Shown: positions 17,958-28,954 of the stretch, piece after piece
Layout of the letters: every line of letters starts with the position of its first letter
Position numbering within the stretch: the first letter of the stretch is position 1
DNA from: Pontiella sp.
GTDB lineage: Bacteria; Verrucomicrobiota; Kiritimatiellia; Kiritimatiellales; Pontiellaceae
Assembly: GCA_050290185.1 (NCBI GenBank)
Contig: JBNKHE010000002.1
Span: forward strand, 160,001-224,000
Direction: 5' to 3'
DNA length: 64,000 nt
Notes under the pieces: generated by a model
The model's database searches: none
Seen by the model: the letters and a program-made list of their open reading frames with translations, nothing else
Told to the model about the DNA's origin: nothing
Program-made: the position numbers and the translations under genes

Positions 17958-18749
17958 TCAACCGAAAAGCCGTTCTGCGTTGCGGAAGGTCAGATCTGCC
18001 AGATGCTCCTCGGAAATACCACGCAGCTCGGCGGTCGTGGCGAGCACATAGCGCAGGTTGGCAGGTTCGTTTATCAACCGTTCGTCCGCAACAAGGCAGG
18101 ATGCCTCGTCTGCGTTGCAGGGCATGATATCGGGGGCATCGGTTTCGATCAAAATTCGATCCTCGGGCACGGAACGGATAGCCGGGCCGGCCTTTCTATT
18201 GTTCGGACGGGTAATCGAGCCGGAGAACGAGATGTATCCCCCGCGTTTTACCAGCTCCATTGCCACCTCCGCCGAACCACCGAAACAGTGGATCAACATT
18301 CCGCGGGGCAATTCGCCGAATCCATCAAGCAATTCGATCAACCGCCCCCAGGCCTGACGGCAATGAATGGAAACGGGCCGTTCTAGCCGCTTTGCCAAGT
18401 CAAGCTGGGCCAGAAAGACGGATTCCTGATCCGTGTCGTCGCGATGGTCAACGGCATGATCGATCCCGATCTCACCCACACTGGCTTGAGGGTATTGGCG
18501 CAACAGCGACTCCAATGAACCCACCCATTCTTCGGAACGTTCTGCAATGAACCACGGATGCAGCCCGAAGGCCGGATGGATGCCATCGTATGATTCCATG
18601 ATCTGGATTACACGCAGCCAGTCATCCTCGCAGCATCCTTTCACACCCATTTCCACAATGCCGGCTTCGCGCGCCCTCGCCATCACCTCTCCGATTTTCG
18701 AATAGAGGCGTTCATCCTGAATGTGGTTGTGACAATCGAACAGTTGCAC
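17958..18749 (-). CDS. tatD: TatD family deoxyribonuclease
   Basis: DCHNH, GLHPW, VGEIGID, SIHCR, IHCF and LIETDAP motifs. Confidence 0.93.
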   Translation of the reverse strand: MQLFDCHNHIQDERLYSKIGEVMARAREAGIVEMGVKGCCEDDWLRVIQIMESYDGIHPAFGLHPWFIAERSEEWVGSLESLLRQYPQASVGEIGIDHAVDHRDDTDQESVFLAQLDLAKRLERPVSIHCRQAWGRLIELLDGFGELPRGMLIHCFGGSAEVAMELVKRGGYISFSGSITRPNNRKAGPAIRSVPEDRILIETDAPDIMPCNADEASCLVADERLINEPANLRYVLATTAELRGISEEHLADLTFRNAERLFG

Positions 18750-18833
18750 TTCCCTGACCTATCGCGCTGACGAGATTAATTTCATGGAGGTTTTTACTCC
18801 TTGTATCGCAAAAGGTCTTATACATTCGCTTTC

Positions 18834-20189
18834 ATGAAAAAAGCGATTCTTTGCTCTGCATTACTGATTATGCTTCCATCTGCTCACGCCCGCACATGGA
18901 CCAACGCAAAGGGTCAAACGGTCGAGGCAGAGGTGGTTCAGGTCAATCCGGACAAGACGGTTGAGTTGCGAACCAGCCGCGGAAAAACTCTCACCGTGCC
19001 CTTCAGCACCTTTTCGGAAGAGGACGTCCTGTACCTCGAAAACCTCCTGGCCCAGCCCGCCGACCTGGATCCGGTCCCATGGGAAAAACTGAACGAACTG
19101 CTGGGCCTTCCGCTCTGGAGCGACAGCAACCTCTGGGACGATCCCTGCGCGGACGTCGCGGACCGACTGCATCTCAACCTCGAATCGAAAACCGACTTTC
19201 TTGAAAACTACCGGGCGTATCCCCTGGGCCATGCAAAACTCTTCGGCGAGCCGGTTTTTGCCCAGGCCCTGTACGGCAACGGGAATCATACGGACAGCCT
19301 TACGCTGGTCTTCCTCAACTGCGGCGATGTATCGCCCTATCTCACACGCGAGAAGATCGAGGAGAGCATTGAAGCGAGCGGAGAGACCGTGCTCGCCAGC
19401 ATCGAGACCGTGCTGGGCGAACCCAAACGCGACTCCCTCGGCAAGGATGATCTGCGTGAAAAGGTATGGCGGTGGGACTGGAACGACCATGCCATCCTGC
19501 TCTCGCTGCAGGAAAGTAAGTACGTAGCGATACGCATCATGCCGAAGACCCGGGCCAACCAAGGCGGTCCGACCAATAACATCAAGGATGACGAACTCAA
19601 AGCCCGGCTGGCCTCCTGTGTTGAACGACGCGAAAACGGCGATGTAATTGTTCGTAACATCCCGATGGTCAACCAGGGACCCAAGGGCTATTGCGTGCCG
19701 GCCACCTGGGAACGCTACCTGCGCTATATGGATATCCCGGTCGACATGTATCTGCTGGCGCTTGCCGCCGATACCGGTATCGGCGGAGGAACCTTTACCG
19801 AAGATATGACCAAGGCCACGGAAAACATCATCGGCTCCAATGGCCGCAAGCTCGGACGCTGTGGGTCGAAACCCGATGTGGAAACCGTCGCCAAACAGAT
19901 CGACAAGGGCCTGCCCATCCTGTGGACCCTCGAAAGCACGCCGGCCTTTCAAATGGCGGCGAACACAAACACCGCGAAACGCCAGGGCGACACCACTACG
20001 ACATGGTCGGCCGGCCAGGCCGAGGATACGACACCCACCGGACACATGTGCCTGATCATCGGCTACAACAGGAAAACCGGCGAGATCGCCATCTCCGACA
20101 GCTGGGGGCCCCAATTCGCCGAACGCTGGGTCACTGAAAAGCAGGCCGAAGCGGCCTCCGACGGCGAGATGAACATTATCAAGTGGTAG
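18834..20189 (+). CDS. Secreted C39-like cysteine peptidase with N-terminal SHD1-like domain
   Basis: Signal peptide, RTWTNAKGQTVEA (SHD1-like), QGPKGYC nucleophile, HMCLIIGYN, SDSWG. Confidence 0.78.
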   Translation: MKKAILCSALLIMLPSAHARTWTNAKGQTVEAEVVQVNPDKTVELRTSRGKTLTVPFSTFSEEDVLYLENLLAQPADLDPVPWEKLNELLGLPLWSDSNLWDDPCADVADRLHLNLESKTDFLENYRAYPLGHAKLFGEPVFAQALYGNGNHTDSLTLVFLNCGDVSPYLTREKIEESIEASGETVLASIETVLGEPKRDSLGKDDLREKVWRWDWNDHAILLSLQESKYVAIRIMPKTRANQGGPTNNIKDDELKARLASCVERRENGDVIVRNIPMVNQGPKGYCVPATWERYLRYMDIPVDMYLLALAADTGIGGGTFTEDMTKATENIIGSNGRKLGRCGSKPDVETVAKQIDKGLPILWTLESTPAFQMAANTNTAKRQGDTTTTWSAGQAEDTTPTGHMCLIIGYNRKTGEIAISDSWGPQFAERWVTEKQAEAASDGEMNIIKW

Positions 20190-20243
20190 AAACGCCTGTT
20201 TTCCGGATTCTTCCCCCCGCCCGCTTTTACAACCCTTATTTGT

Positions 20244-20272
20244 TTGCCCCCCTTTGGGGTCGCCGATATATT
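20244..20272 (+). promoter_or_regulatory. Putative eno promoter
   Basis: TTGCCC-N17-TATATT upstream of the AAGGAG RBS. Confidence 0.5.
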
Positions 20273-20307
20273 CGCCGCTCAATTTTGGGGAAACAACTAA
20301 TATTTAA

Positions 20308-21606
<1,299 letters not shown>

Positions 21607-21628
21607 CCCGATACTTCGGTGTTGTTCC

Positions 21629-21660
21629 AAAGGCGGCCTTCGGGTCGCCTTTTCTTTTTT
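21629..21660 (+). terminator. Rho-independent terminator after eno
   Basis: AAAGGCGGCC-TTCG-GGTCGCCTTT followed by a T-rich tail. Confidence 0.9.
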
Positions 21661-21684
21661 GACGCATCGTGCTACAAGATCTCC

Positions 21685-22515
21685 ATGTTTAAATTCATCT
21701 CTCCCCTGCTGCTCGCACTGTTGTTGCCTGGATGCCGGACCCAGTCCGTTCCGCAAACGTCGTTCTCCTTTGGTGTCGTGGCGGACATCCAGTATGCGGA
21801 CAAGGATGCCCGTGGGGCACGGCACTACCGGAGCTCGCTGGACCGGCTGGACGAATGCGTTGACGAACTGAACCGGCACGACCTCGCCTTCACGATCCAG
21901 CTGGGGGATATTATCGATGGAAACGAAACCACGGAGGCCACGGCCACGGACCTCGACACCGTGCTGCAGCACTGCAGCCAGCTAAACATGCCTTTATACC
22001 ACGTGATCGGGAACCATTGCCTGACGGCCGACAGGGAAGGGCTTCAGCAGAAACTTGGACTTGAATCCTCCTACTACGACTTCGCCGTACCCGAAGCAGC
22101 GGGATGGCGCTTTATCGTACTCGACGGGATGGATGGCGGATACGGCAGTCTCTCTGAAGTGCAACTGGCGTGGCTGAAAACCACCTTGGATGCCGCGCGC
22201 GCCGCGCGGGAAAAGATCATCGTCTTCTGCCATTTTCCTCTGATCGAAAGGGCCGCATCCAACCTTCGAATGCAGCAACCGGACCCCGTCCTGCAGGAGC
22301 TCATTGCATCCGGTTGCGTGGTGGCCTATTTCGCCGGTCACGACCATGCCGGAGGCTATGCGTTCCAGGACGGCATACACCACATCACACTCAAGGGCAT
22401 GGTAGAAGCCGCCGATAGCAATGCCTATGCAATCTTCGAGGTCCGGCCCGGCCAGCTGAAGGAAACCGGCTTTGGGCTTGAGCCGGGCCGGGAAATGGTC
22501 TTCGGCAGTAGATAG
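21685..22515 (+). CDS. Calcineurin-like metallophosphoesterase lipoprotein (ADP-ribose/CDP-alcohol diphosphatase-like)
   Basis: LPG-C lipobox; DIQY, LGDIIDG, GNHC, HFP and GHDH motifs. Confidence 0.85.
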   Translation: MFKFISPLLLALLLPGCRTQSVPQTSFSFGVVADIQYADKDARGARHYRSSLDRLDECVDELNRHDLAFTIQLGDIIDGNETTEATATDLDTVLQHCSQLNMPLYHVIGNHCLTADREGLQQKLGLESSYYDFAVPEAAGWRFIVLDGMDGGYGSLSEVQLAWLKTTLDAARAAREKIIVFCHFPLIERAASNLRMQQPDPVLQELIASGCVVAYFAGHDHAGGYAFQDGIHHITLKGMVEAADSNAYAIFEVRPGQLKETGFGLEPGREMVFGSR

Positions 22516-22615
22516 CATACCGGGAAACGACAGGTATAAAACAGTCTTGTTGATCCCCGGAGAGTCGTTATATTCCCAGATATTTCACGGATTATACATC
22601 ACGAATCACGTAACC

Positions 22616-22924
22616 ATGCAGCAAACGGAAAAATACTGGAACCTGATCAACCGCATCGTGCTGATTGCCATCATTGTCATGGCCGGCGTCGGTGTGGTGC
22701 TCGCCTTTGCCCCCAAGGTGAAGCAACTCAAAGATCATCAGGAGACGTACAACTCGCTGCAGCAGCGCATTGAAATCACCGTAACCTCCGAAAACGAACT
22801 CAAGGAAAAGCAACGGCGCTTCACGACCGATCCGGAATTTGTGGAACGGATTGCCCACGAGGTCGGGTACGCCCGCAAGGACGAAACCATCTTCCACTTC
22901 CCCGAGGAAACCGGGGGGCAGTGA
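22616..22924 (+). CDS. ftsB: Septum formation initiator (FtsB/DivIC family)
   Basis: One TM helix, coiled coil, DPEFVERIAHEVGYARKDETIF; near eno. Confidence 0.8.
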   Translation: MQQTEKYWNLINRIVLIAIIVMAGVGVVLAFAPKVKQLKDHQETYNSLQQRIEITVTSENELKEKQRRFTTDPEFVERIAHEVGYARKDETIFHFPEETGGQ

Positions 22925-22945
22925 TTCTCGATTTCTGAATTTCGA

Positions 22946-23857
22946 ATGTTGATTTTCGGAAGGGCCTCGCCCAAACCCCTTCTCGAAGAGAACGCCGTCG
23001 GAGACCAACCCATCAAAAACCAGCAATTAGCAATCAAAAATGATCCCGTCCCCATTGCCTGGACCATTGCCGGATCCGATTCGGGCGGCGGCGCAGGCAT
23101 TCAGGCCGACCTCAAGGTGATGAACGCCTTTGGCATACACGGCTGCTCTGTGATTACCGCGCTGACGGCTCAGAATACGCTCGGCGTATCTTCCGTGGAG
23201 CCCGCTTCCATGCACATGCTCCAGGCCCAGCTCCTTGCACTAAAATCCGATCTCCCTGCTGCTGCCATCAAGACCGGAATGCTGGGCTCCGCCGAAACCT
23301 GCCGTATGCTGGTGGAATATTTCGCGGCGCTCCCTTCCCCCTGTCCCCCGCTCGTTTGCGACCCCATCCTCAAATCTACGTCCGGCACAAACCTGCTTGA
23401 TCCCGCCGCCATTGACCTCCTCCTTCACGGCCTGTTTCCCCATGTAACGGTTTTAACGCCCAATATTCCTGAAGCGGAAACACTTCTGGGGCAGGCCATC
23501 ACATCCGTGGAACACGCGGCGGAGCGACTTTTGGCCAAGGGAGTGCAGTCTGTCTTGATTAAAGGCGGACATGCTTCCGGCGATGAATGCCGGGATTACT
23601 GGACCGACGGCACACAATCATTCTGGCTATCCAGCCCACGCATCGAAACCCGCGCCACGCATGGAACCGGATGCATCCTCTCAGCGGCCATCGCATCGGC
23701 CATTGCGCTCGGCCAATCCATCCCCGACGCCGTCGTGACGGCCAAAACCTTCCTGAACCAATGCCTGCACGCGCCTGCCCGGCTGGGTAATGGACATGGC
23801 CCCATGGAAATCACACCTTTCCGGAATAATCCAAAAGACCGACCAACAATCCGGTAA
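22946..23857 (+). CDS. thiD: Hydroxymethylpyrimidine/phosphomethylpyrimidine kinase (start uncertain)
   Basis: TIAGSDSGGGAGIQADLK, AIKTGML, LTPNIPEA, IKGGH, THGTGC. Confidence 0.93.
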   Translation: MLIFGRASPKPLLEENAVGDQPIKNQQLAIKNDPVPIAWTIAGSDSGGGAGIQADLKVMNAFGIHGCSVITALTAQNTLGVSSVEPASMHMLQAQLLALKSDLPAAAIKTGMLGSAETCRMLVEYFAALPSPCPPLVCDPILKSTSGTNLLDPAAIDLLLHGLFPHVTVLTPNIPEAETLLGQAITSVEHAAERLLAKGVQSVLIKGGHASGDECRDYWTDGTQSFWLSSPRIETRATHGTGCILSAAIASAIALGQSIPDAVVTAKTFLNQCLHAPARLGNGHGPMEITPFRNNPKDRPTIR

Positions 23858-23899
23858 TCCACCCTTTCATTCTTCCGCACTTCTTAATACTCTCTGCAC

Positions 23900-24370
23900 A
23901 TGGAATCGTTACCCCTCTACACCACGCTTCTGCTTGCCGGCTTCGTACTGATCGGTACGGAAATTTTTATTCCGGGCGGCATCCTCGGTATCTTTGGCGC
24001 CATGGCCTGGATTGCGGCGGCAGTTGTGGGCCTGCAGAAATTCCCGGCACCATGGAATTTCATCAGCACCATCGCCCTGCTGTTCTTCGCCCTGCTGACC
24101 TTTGTCGTCTGGATCCGCTACTTTCCGAAAAGCCGGCTTGGCAAAAGCTTGTCGCTGAACGAAAGTTCCGCCACCCACAAATCGCATAAAGCGACGGATT
24201 TCCCGGTAGGATCGGAAGGGAAAGCGCTCTCGATCCTGCGGCCTTCCGGCATTGCTGTTTTCGATGGCAAGCGCCTCGACGTGGTTGCCGACGGAGAGTG
24301 GATCGAGGCCGGTGAGTCTGTAAAAATATCATCAACCTCCGGGGGTCATATCTCCGTTGTGAAAGTCTAG
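23900..24370 (+). CDS. nfeD: Short NfeD family membrane protein
   Basis: EIFIPGG TM region plus OB-fold LRPSGIAVFDGKRLDVVADGEWI. Confidence 0.9.
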   Translation: MESLPLYTTLLLAGFVLIGTEIFIPGGILGIFGAMAWIAAAVVGLQKFPAPWNFISTIALLFFALLTFVVWIRYFPKSRLGKSLSLNESSATHKSHKATDFPVGSEGKALSILRPSGIAVFDGKRLDVVADGEWIEAGESVKISSTSGGHISVVKV

Positions 24371-24374
24371 ATCC

Positions 24375-25553
24375 ATGCGTTTGAACTGTCTTACCATTGC
24401 ATTTGCCGTCCTACTTATTCACTCGGTGCAGGCCAATGAATTCATTTTTACCAATAACTACACGGTGGTCGCGGGCCAGACCGTCGAAGGCGAACAATGG
24501 GTGGGCGCCAATACCATCCAGGCGGAGGGAACATTCCAAGACGACCTGTTTGCCAGTTCCGGCACCAAGCTACTGCTGACCGGCATCTATGAAGGAAACA
24601 TCTGGGGAACCGCCATGGCAGAAACACGGCTCTCCGGAGTTTGCGAACGCAATGTGCGTCTGATGGCACCCACCATCCGGATAACGGGCGCCATCGGCGG
24701 CAACCTGATGGCCGCAGCCAATACCATTTCCATTGCAACGAACGCCGTCATCTCCGGCAACGCGCTCCTGTACGCCAACCAGATTATCATGGAAGGTTCG
24801 GTTGGCGGCTCGTTGACCCTGTCTTCCATGCGCACGGTTACCGTCAGCGGAAACATTCAGGGCGATACCCGCATCTCCGCCCCGGACATTATCCTTTCCG
24901 ACGAAGCGCGCATCCATGGGAACCTGTCCTATACAACCAGCAAGGAACTGATCCCATCGGAAAATGCCGTGGAGGGGAATCTGAAACGCATTTTTCCGGA
25001 AAGCCCTTATACCACGGCCCGAGTCCAGAAACATGCCATAGCGTTTGTCGCCGCATTTCTTACGGGCATTCCGTTCATTTCTCTGTTTCCCATGACCACG
25101 GCCATGGCGTCGTTGCTGGTGCGCAAATCGCCGTTTAAATGCCTGCTGGTCGGCTTCATCGCCGCCGGGGCCATTCCCTTCTTTGCCCTCATAAGTATTT
25201 CATCCACGGTTGGATTCCCACTGGGCGCGGTGGTCCTGGCCTCGTGGGGCATACTGGTCTACATCAGCAGAATCATCATGGGACTGATGATCGGAACGCT
25301 GGTGCTGAAATCGGGCACCACCTCGGCCGGACGCGTAATGCTGGCCATGGCCACCGGTCTGGCGATTATCTACATCTTTACCTTCATCCCCGCCCCCATT
25401 GGCGGGATCGCCCAGTTTATTACCATTTGGATGGGTATGGGGTCGCTGTTGCTGGCTCTGCTCCAGAAGCGCCGGCTGATCATCAAGGTTCCCGAAGAAC
25501 TCCGCCAGCTTGAAGCGTTGAAAAACGAAAAATACAACCCCGAGGAGGAATAG
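24375..25553 (+). CDS. Bactofilin-like (polymer-forming) beta-helix protein with signal peptide and C-terminal multi-pass TM domain
   Basis: Repeats such as [46 protein letters not shown]; about 5 hydrophobic helices follow. Confidence 0.75.
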   Translation: MRLNCLTIAFAVLLIHSVQANEFIFTNNYTVVAGQTVEGEQWVGANTIQAEGTFQDDLFASSGTKLLLTGIYEGNIWGTAMAETRLSGVCERNVRLMAPTIRITGAIGGNLMAAANTISIATNAVISGNALLYANQIIMEGSVGGSLTLSSMRTVTVSGNIQGDTRISAPDIILSDEARIHGNLSYTTSKELIPSENAVEGNLKRIFPESPYTTARVQKHAIAFVAAFLTGIPFISLFPMTTAMASLLVRKSPFKCLLVGFIAAGAIPFFALISISSTVGFPLGAVVLASWGILVYISRIIMGLMIGTLVLKSGTTSAGRVMLAMATGLAIIYIFTFIPAPIGGIAQFITIWMGMGSLLLALLQKRRLIIKVPEELRQLEALKNEKYNPEEE

Positions 25554-25555
25554 CC

Positions 25556-26605
25556 ATGGATCAAATTATGTTAATTCTGACGATTATCGCGACACTGGTT
25601 ATGCTGGTGCTCATTGGACTGATTCTATCCGTCATCGTTCTATGGGTGCGCGCATGGGCCGCCCAGGCCACCGTCCGCATCCGCGACCTCATCGGCATGA
25701 AGCTGCGCCGCGTTCCTCCGCAACAGGTCGTGTTGACCTATATTTCCGCCGTAAAAGCCGGACTGACCATTTCCACCGACATGCTGGAATCGCACTATCT
25801 GGCCGGCGGAAGCATGCAAAACGTGGTCCGCGCCATGATTGCCGCCGACAAAGCCTGCATCGATCTGCAGTTCCAGCAGGCAGCCGCCATCGACCTCGCC
25901 GGCCGCAATATTGTCGATGCCGTACAGACCAGCGTAAATCCAAAAGTGATCGACTGCCCCGGTCAGGCCAATTCGACGAACGGCATGCTCGACGCCGTGG
26001 CAAAGGATGGTATTCGCCTGCTCGTAAAGGCGCGGGTTACCGTACGGACCAACCTTGAACGTCTGGTTGGGGGAGCAACGGAAGAAACCATTATCGCCCG
26101 GGTGGGCCAGGGCATTGTCAGTGCGATCGGATCGATGGCCTCCTACAAGAATGTGCTCGAAAACCCGGACTCTATCAGCCGCAAGGTGCTGGAGAGCGGC
26201 CTTGATGCGCAAACCGCCTTCGAAATTGTTTCAATCGATATCGCCGATGTTTCCGTAGCCGGTGTCGGACAGATCGCCAACGTGGGTGCCAAGCTGGAAA
26301 CCGACCGTGCCGACGCCGACAAGATCATGCGCCAGGCCGAGGCCGAAGGCCGCCGTGCCATGGCTATCGCCACCGAACAGGAAATGCGCGCAAGGGTTCA
26401 GGAGATGCAGGCGAAGGTCATCGAGGCACAGGCCGAGGTTCCGCTGGCCATGGCCGAAGCCTTCCGTAAAGGCAATCTGGGCGTGATGGACTTCTACCGC
26501 ATGCAGAACATCATGGCCGATACCGCCATGCGCGAGTCGCTCTCCGGCGGAGACGACGACGAAGGCCAAAACGGCACAAGCGATAAGCACAACAAGGGCA
26601 AGTAA
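25556..26605 (+). CDS. floA: Flotillin-like protein FloA (YqfA family)
   Basis: [64 protein letters not shown]. Confidence 0.95.
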   Translation: MDQIMLILTIIATLVMLVLIGLILSVIVLWVRAWAAQATVRIRDLIGMKLRRVPPQQVVLTYISAVKAGLTISTDMLESHYLAGGSMQNVVRAMIAADKACIDLQFQQAAAIDLAGRNIVDAVQTSVNPKVIDCPGQANSTNGMLDAVAKDGIRLLVKARVTVRTNLERLVGGATEETIIARVGQGIVSAIGSMASYKNVLENPDSISRKVLESGLDAQTAFEIVSIDIADVSVAGVGQIANVGAKLETDRADADKIMRQAEAEGRRAMAIATEQEMRARVQEMQAKVIEAQAEVPLAMAEAFRKGNLGVMDFYRMQNIMADTAMRESLSGGDDDEGQNGTSDKHNKGK

Positions 26606-26617
26606 ACACAGCCTTTC

Positions 26618-26651
26618 GCAGATGGCACGGAGTCTGTTCCGTGCTGTCTGT
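26618..26651 (+). other. Strong intra-operonic RNA hairpin after floA
   Basis: GCAGATGGCACGGA-GTCTGT-TCCGTGCTGTCTGT, 14-bp stem with G-U pairs and no U tail. Confidence 0.65.
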
Positions 26652-26674
26652 CAACGGCGCAACGAGGAATAGCC

Positions 26675-27274
26675 ATGGAAGACCTGATTCCCCTGTTTAT
26701 CTTCATTGCAATTGCGGTCATCAACATCCTCAAGGTCCGGGCTGAAAAGCAAGGCAAGGGGGAACAGCCCTCCAAACCTGCAGGGCAAACACCGCCCCGG
26801 CACCAGCCCGCTACGCTTGAAGAGTTTTTTGATGAAATTGCCCGAAAATTCGAACCGAAACCAACCGCCCTTCCCGATTGGCCGGAACATATGGAGCGCC
26901 CCGATTACAGGAAGCAGATGGATGAGTTTAAGCACGCGCAGGCGTTCGAAAACGAGGAACCGGAAGCCGTGATCCCGACAACACCGAAACCGACACCTGC
27001 AACCGCAATAAAATATGATCTGCCCTCTAATGAAGCTCCTCAAATCCATACCACAAGAAAACTAGCCGCCTTCACGTTGCCGGCACAGAGCAAGGCGTTT
27101 GCGGGCCTGGGACACATGCGCATGGCCGAGCCTCCGCTGTTGCGCAGCGCAACAGGGCATACCGGTTTCAAACTGAAAAACCGCAAGCAGCTCAAACAGG
27201 CCCTCATAGCCAGCATGGTCTTTGGCCCGCCACGCGCCTATGACACCTCGTTTGACAATACCATTAAGTATTAA
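26675..27274 (+). CDS. Membrane-anchored Pro-rich hypothetical protein (YqfB-like position)
   Basis: N-terminal TM; C-terminal LKQALIASMVFGPPRA motif typical of genes downstream of floA. Confidence 0.78.
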   Translation: MEDLIPLFIFIAIAVINILKVRAEKQGKGEQPSKPAGQTPPRHQPATLEEFFDEIARKFEPKPTALPDWPEHMERPDYRKQMDEFKHAQAFENEEPEAVIPTTPKPTPATAIKYDLPSNEAPQIHTTRKLAAFTLPAQSKAFAGLGHMRMAEPPLLRSATGHTGFKLKNRKQLKQALIASMVFGPPRAYDTSFDNTIKY

Positions 27275-27296
27275 GCATCCCGACCCCGGCAAGTTT

Positions 27297-28085
27297 ATGA
27301 ATGAAATCAACCTGACCCACCTCCTTGATGTTGCGATCTGCGCGGCGGAAGCCGCCGGCAAGCATGCATTGGAAAACAAGCACCGGCGAACGGATACCAC
27401 CGAAACCTTCTCGCACGATGTGAAACTGGTGCTCGATGCGGAATGCCAGAAAATCGCGGAAGAGGTCATAGCCTCTGAATTCCCCGAACACGGCATCCTC
27501 GGAGAGGAAGATGTACGGCCAAACAGGGATGTGGCCTATGAATGGATCATTGATCCCATCGACGGAACCTTGAATTATACCCATGGCTTCCCGTATTGGT
27601 GTTGCTCCATCGCGGTGCGCCATCACCAGAAGATTCTGGCAGGCTGCGTGTATGCACCCGAGTTCGGCGACTATTATACCGCGCATATCGAACAGCCGGC
27701 AAAATTGAACGGCGAACCGATTCAGGCTTCCGGCACGATGCAACTGCAGGACGCATTGGTCTTCACGGGGCTTCCCAAAGAGTTGGAGAGCAAGCGGGAG
27801 TCGCATTTCGAAATGTTCCGCATGCTCGCCCTTAACACCCAGAAATTCCGCATCAATGGTGCCGCAGCGCTCGACATCTGCCATGTTGCAGCCGGCTCCA
27901 GCGATGGTTTTTTCGAAAGCGGCATCTATCTTTGGGACTTTGCCGCAGCCGGACTCATTGCCGAACAGGCCGGCGCGGTGCTGTCGCTCTATTCGCAAAA
28001 GAACGAACCAAACGGTTACTCGGTACTTTGTGCCAACAAACACCTAATCAATGGCCTTCGCGCCGTCTACACCAAGTGCATCTGA
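27297..28085 (+). CDS. suhB: Inositol monophosphatase family protein
   Basis: ILGEE, WIIDPIDGTLNY, GAAALD, WDFAAAGLI. Confidence 0.9.
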   Translation: MNEINLTHLLDVAICAAEAAGKHALENKHRRTDTTETFSHDVKLVLDAECQKIAEEVIASEFPEHGILGEEDVRPNRDVAYEWIIDPIDGTLNYTHGFPYWCCSIAVRHHQKILAGCVYAPEFGDYYTAHIEQPAKLNGEPIQASGTMQLQDALVFTGLPKELESKRESHFEMFRMLALNTQKFRINGAAALDICHVAAGSSDGFFESGIYLWDFAAAGLIAEQAGAVLSLYSQKNEPNGYSVLCANKHLINGLRAVYTKCI

Positions 28086-28088
28086 CCT

Positions 28089-28928
28089 ATGGCTAAGAAA
28101 AATAAGAAGAAGACCCCACCGGACCTGCACTGGCTCTATGAAGCCTCGGTGCAAAACGTAGACACCGATCTGGATATCGGCCAAAGGATCTACAGGAAAC
28201 ACTGGAAGCGGAAGCCGAAAACGGTACGCGAAGATTTTTGCGGCACCGCCAAGCTTGCGGTGCGCTGGGTAGAGCGGGACAAGAAGCACGAGGCATGGGG
28301 CATCGATTTCCATCAGCCGACTCTCGATTGGGGCGTGAAGCACAATCTATCGACACTCTCGGATGAACAGCAAAGCCGTGTTCACCTGATCTGCGGAGAT
28401 GTCCTCGAGGCCAAAACGCCCAAGGTGGATATGGCTCTTGCTCTCAACTTTTCCTTCTGTGTATTCAAGCAACGCGACCAGCTCCGCAACTATTTCAAGC
28501 GCGTGGCCGAGGCCCTCAACGACGAAGGCCTGTTCCTGATGGATATCTACGGGGGGTCCGAATCGGTACTCGTCAAGAGTGACGATGTTCGGGAAATTCC
28601 CGGCTTCACCACACCCGAGGGCGTGAAAATTTCCGACTTCGAATATCTATGGGAACAAGCCGAGTACAATCCCATCACTCACGACACCGTCTGCCACATC
28701 CACTTCAAGGTGCCCGGCTACGGTTCCATTAACAAAGCCTTTACCTACGACTGGCGCCTTTGGACCCTCCCGGAAATCCAGGAGGTGCTTCTCGAGGCCG
28801 GCTTCTCCAAGACCGAGGTCTACCTGCACGATTTTGACGACGAAGGCGAATCCGACGAAATCTTCCGTCTTCGCAAAACCTACGAAAACGTCCAGGGCTG
28901 GGTCGCCTACGTAGTGGGCATAAAATAA
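28089..28928 (+). CDS. Class I SAM-dependent methyltransferase
   Basis: REDFCGTA motif I, GIDF, GDV, ALNFS, GLFLMD. Confidence 0.8.
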   Translation: MAKKNKKKTPPDLHWLYEASVQNVDTDLDIGQRIYRKHWKRKPKTVREDFCGTAKLAVRWVERDKKHEAWGIDFHQPTLDWGVKHNLSTLSDEQQSRVHLICGDVLEAKTPKVDMALALNFSFCVFKQRDQLRNYFKRVAEALNDEGLFLMDIYGGSESVLVKSDDVREIPGFTTPEGVKISDFEYLWEQAEYNPITHDTVCHIHFKVPGYGSINKAFTYDWRLWTLPEIQEVLLEAGFSKTEVYLHDFDDEGESDEIFRLRKTYENVQGWVAYVVGIK

Positions 28929-28954
28929 GCACGTCGCCCCAACGGACACGAAAC

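Noticed and set aside
22925..23045. TPP riboswitch upstream of thiD
   Set aside because: No CUGAGA or CCUGA…AAU…GCG core present
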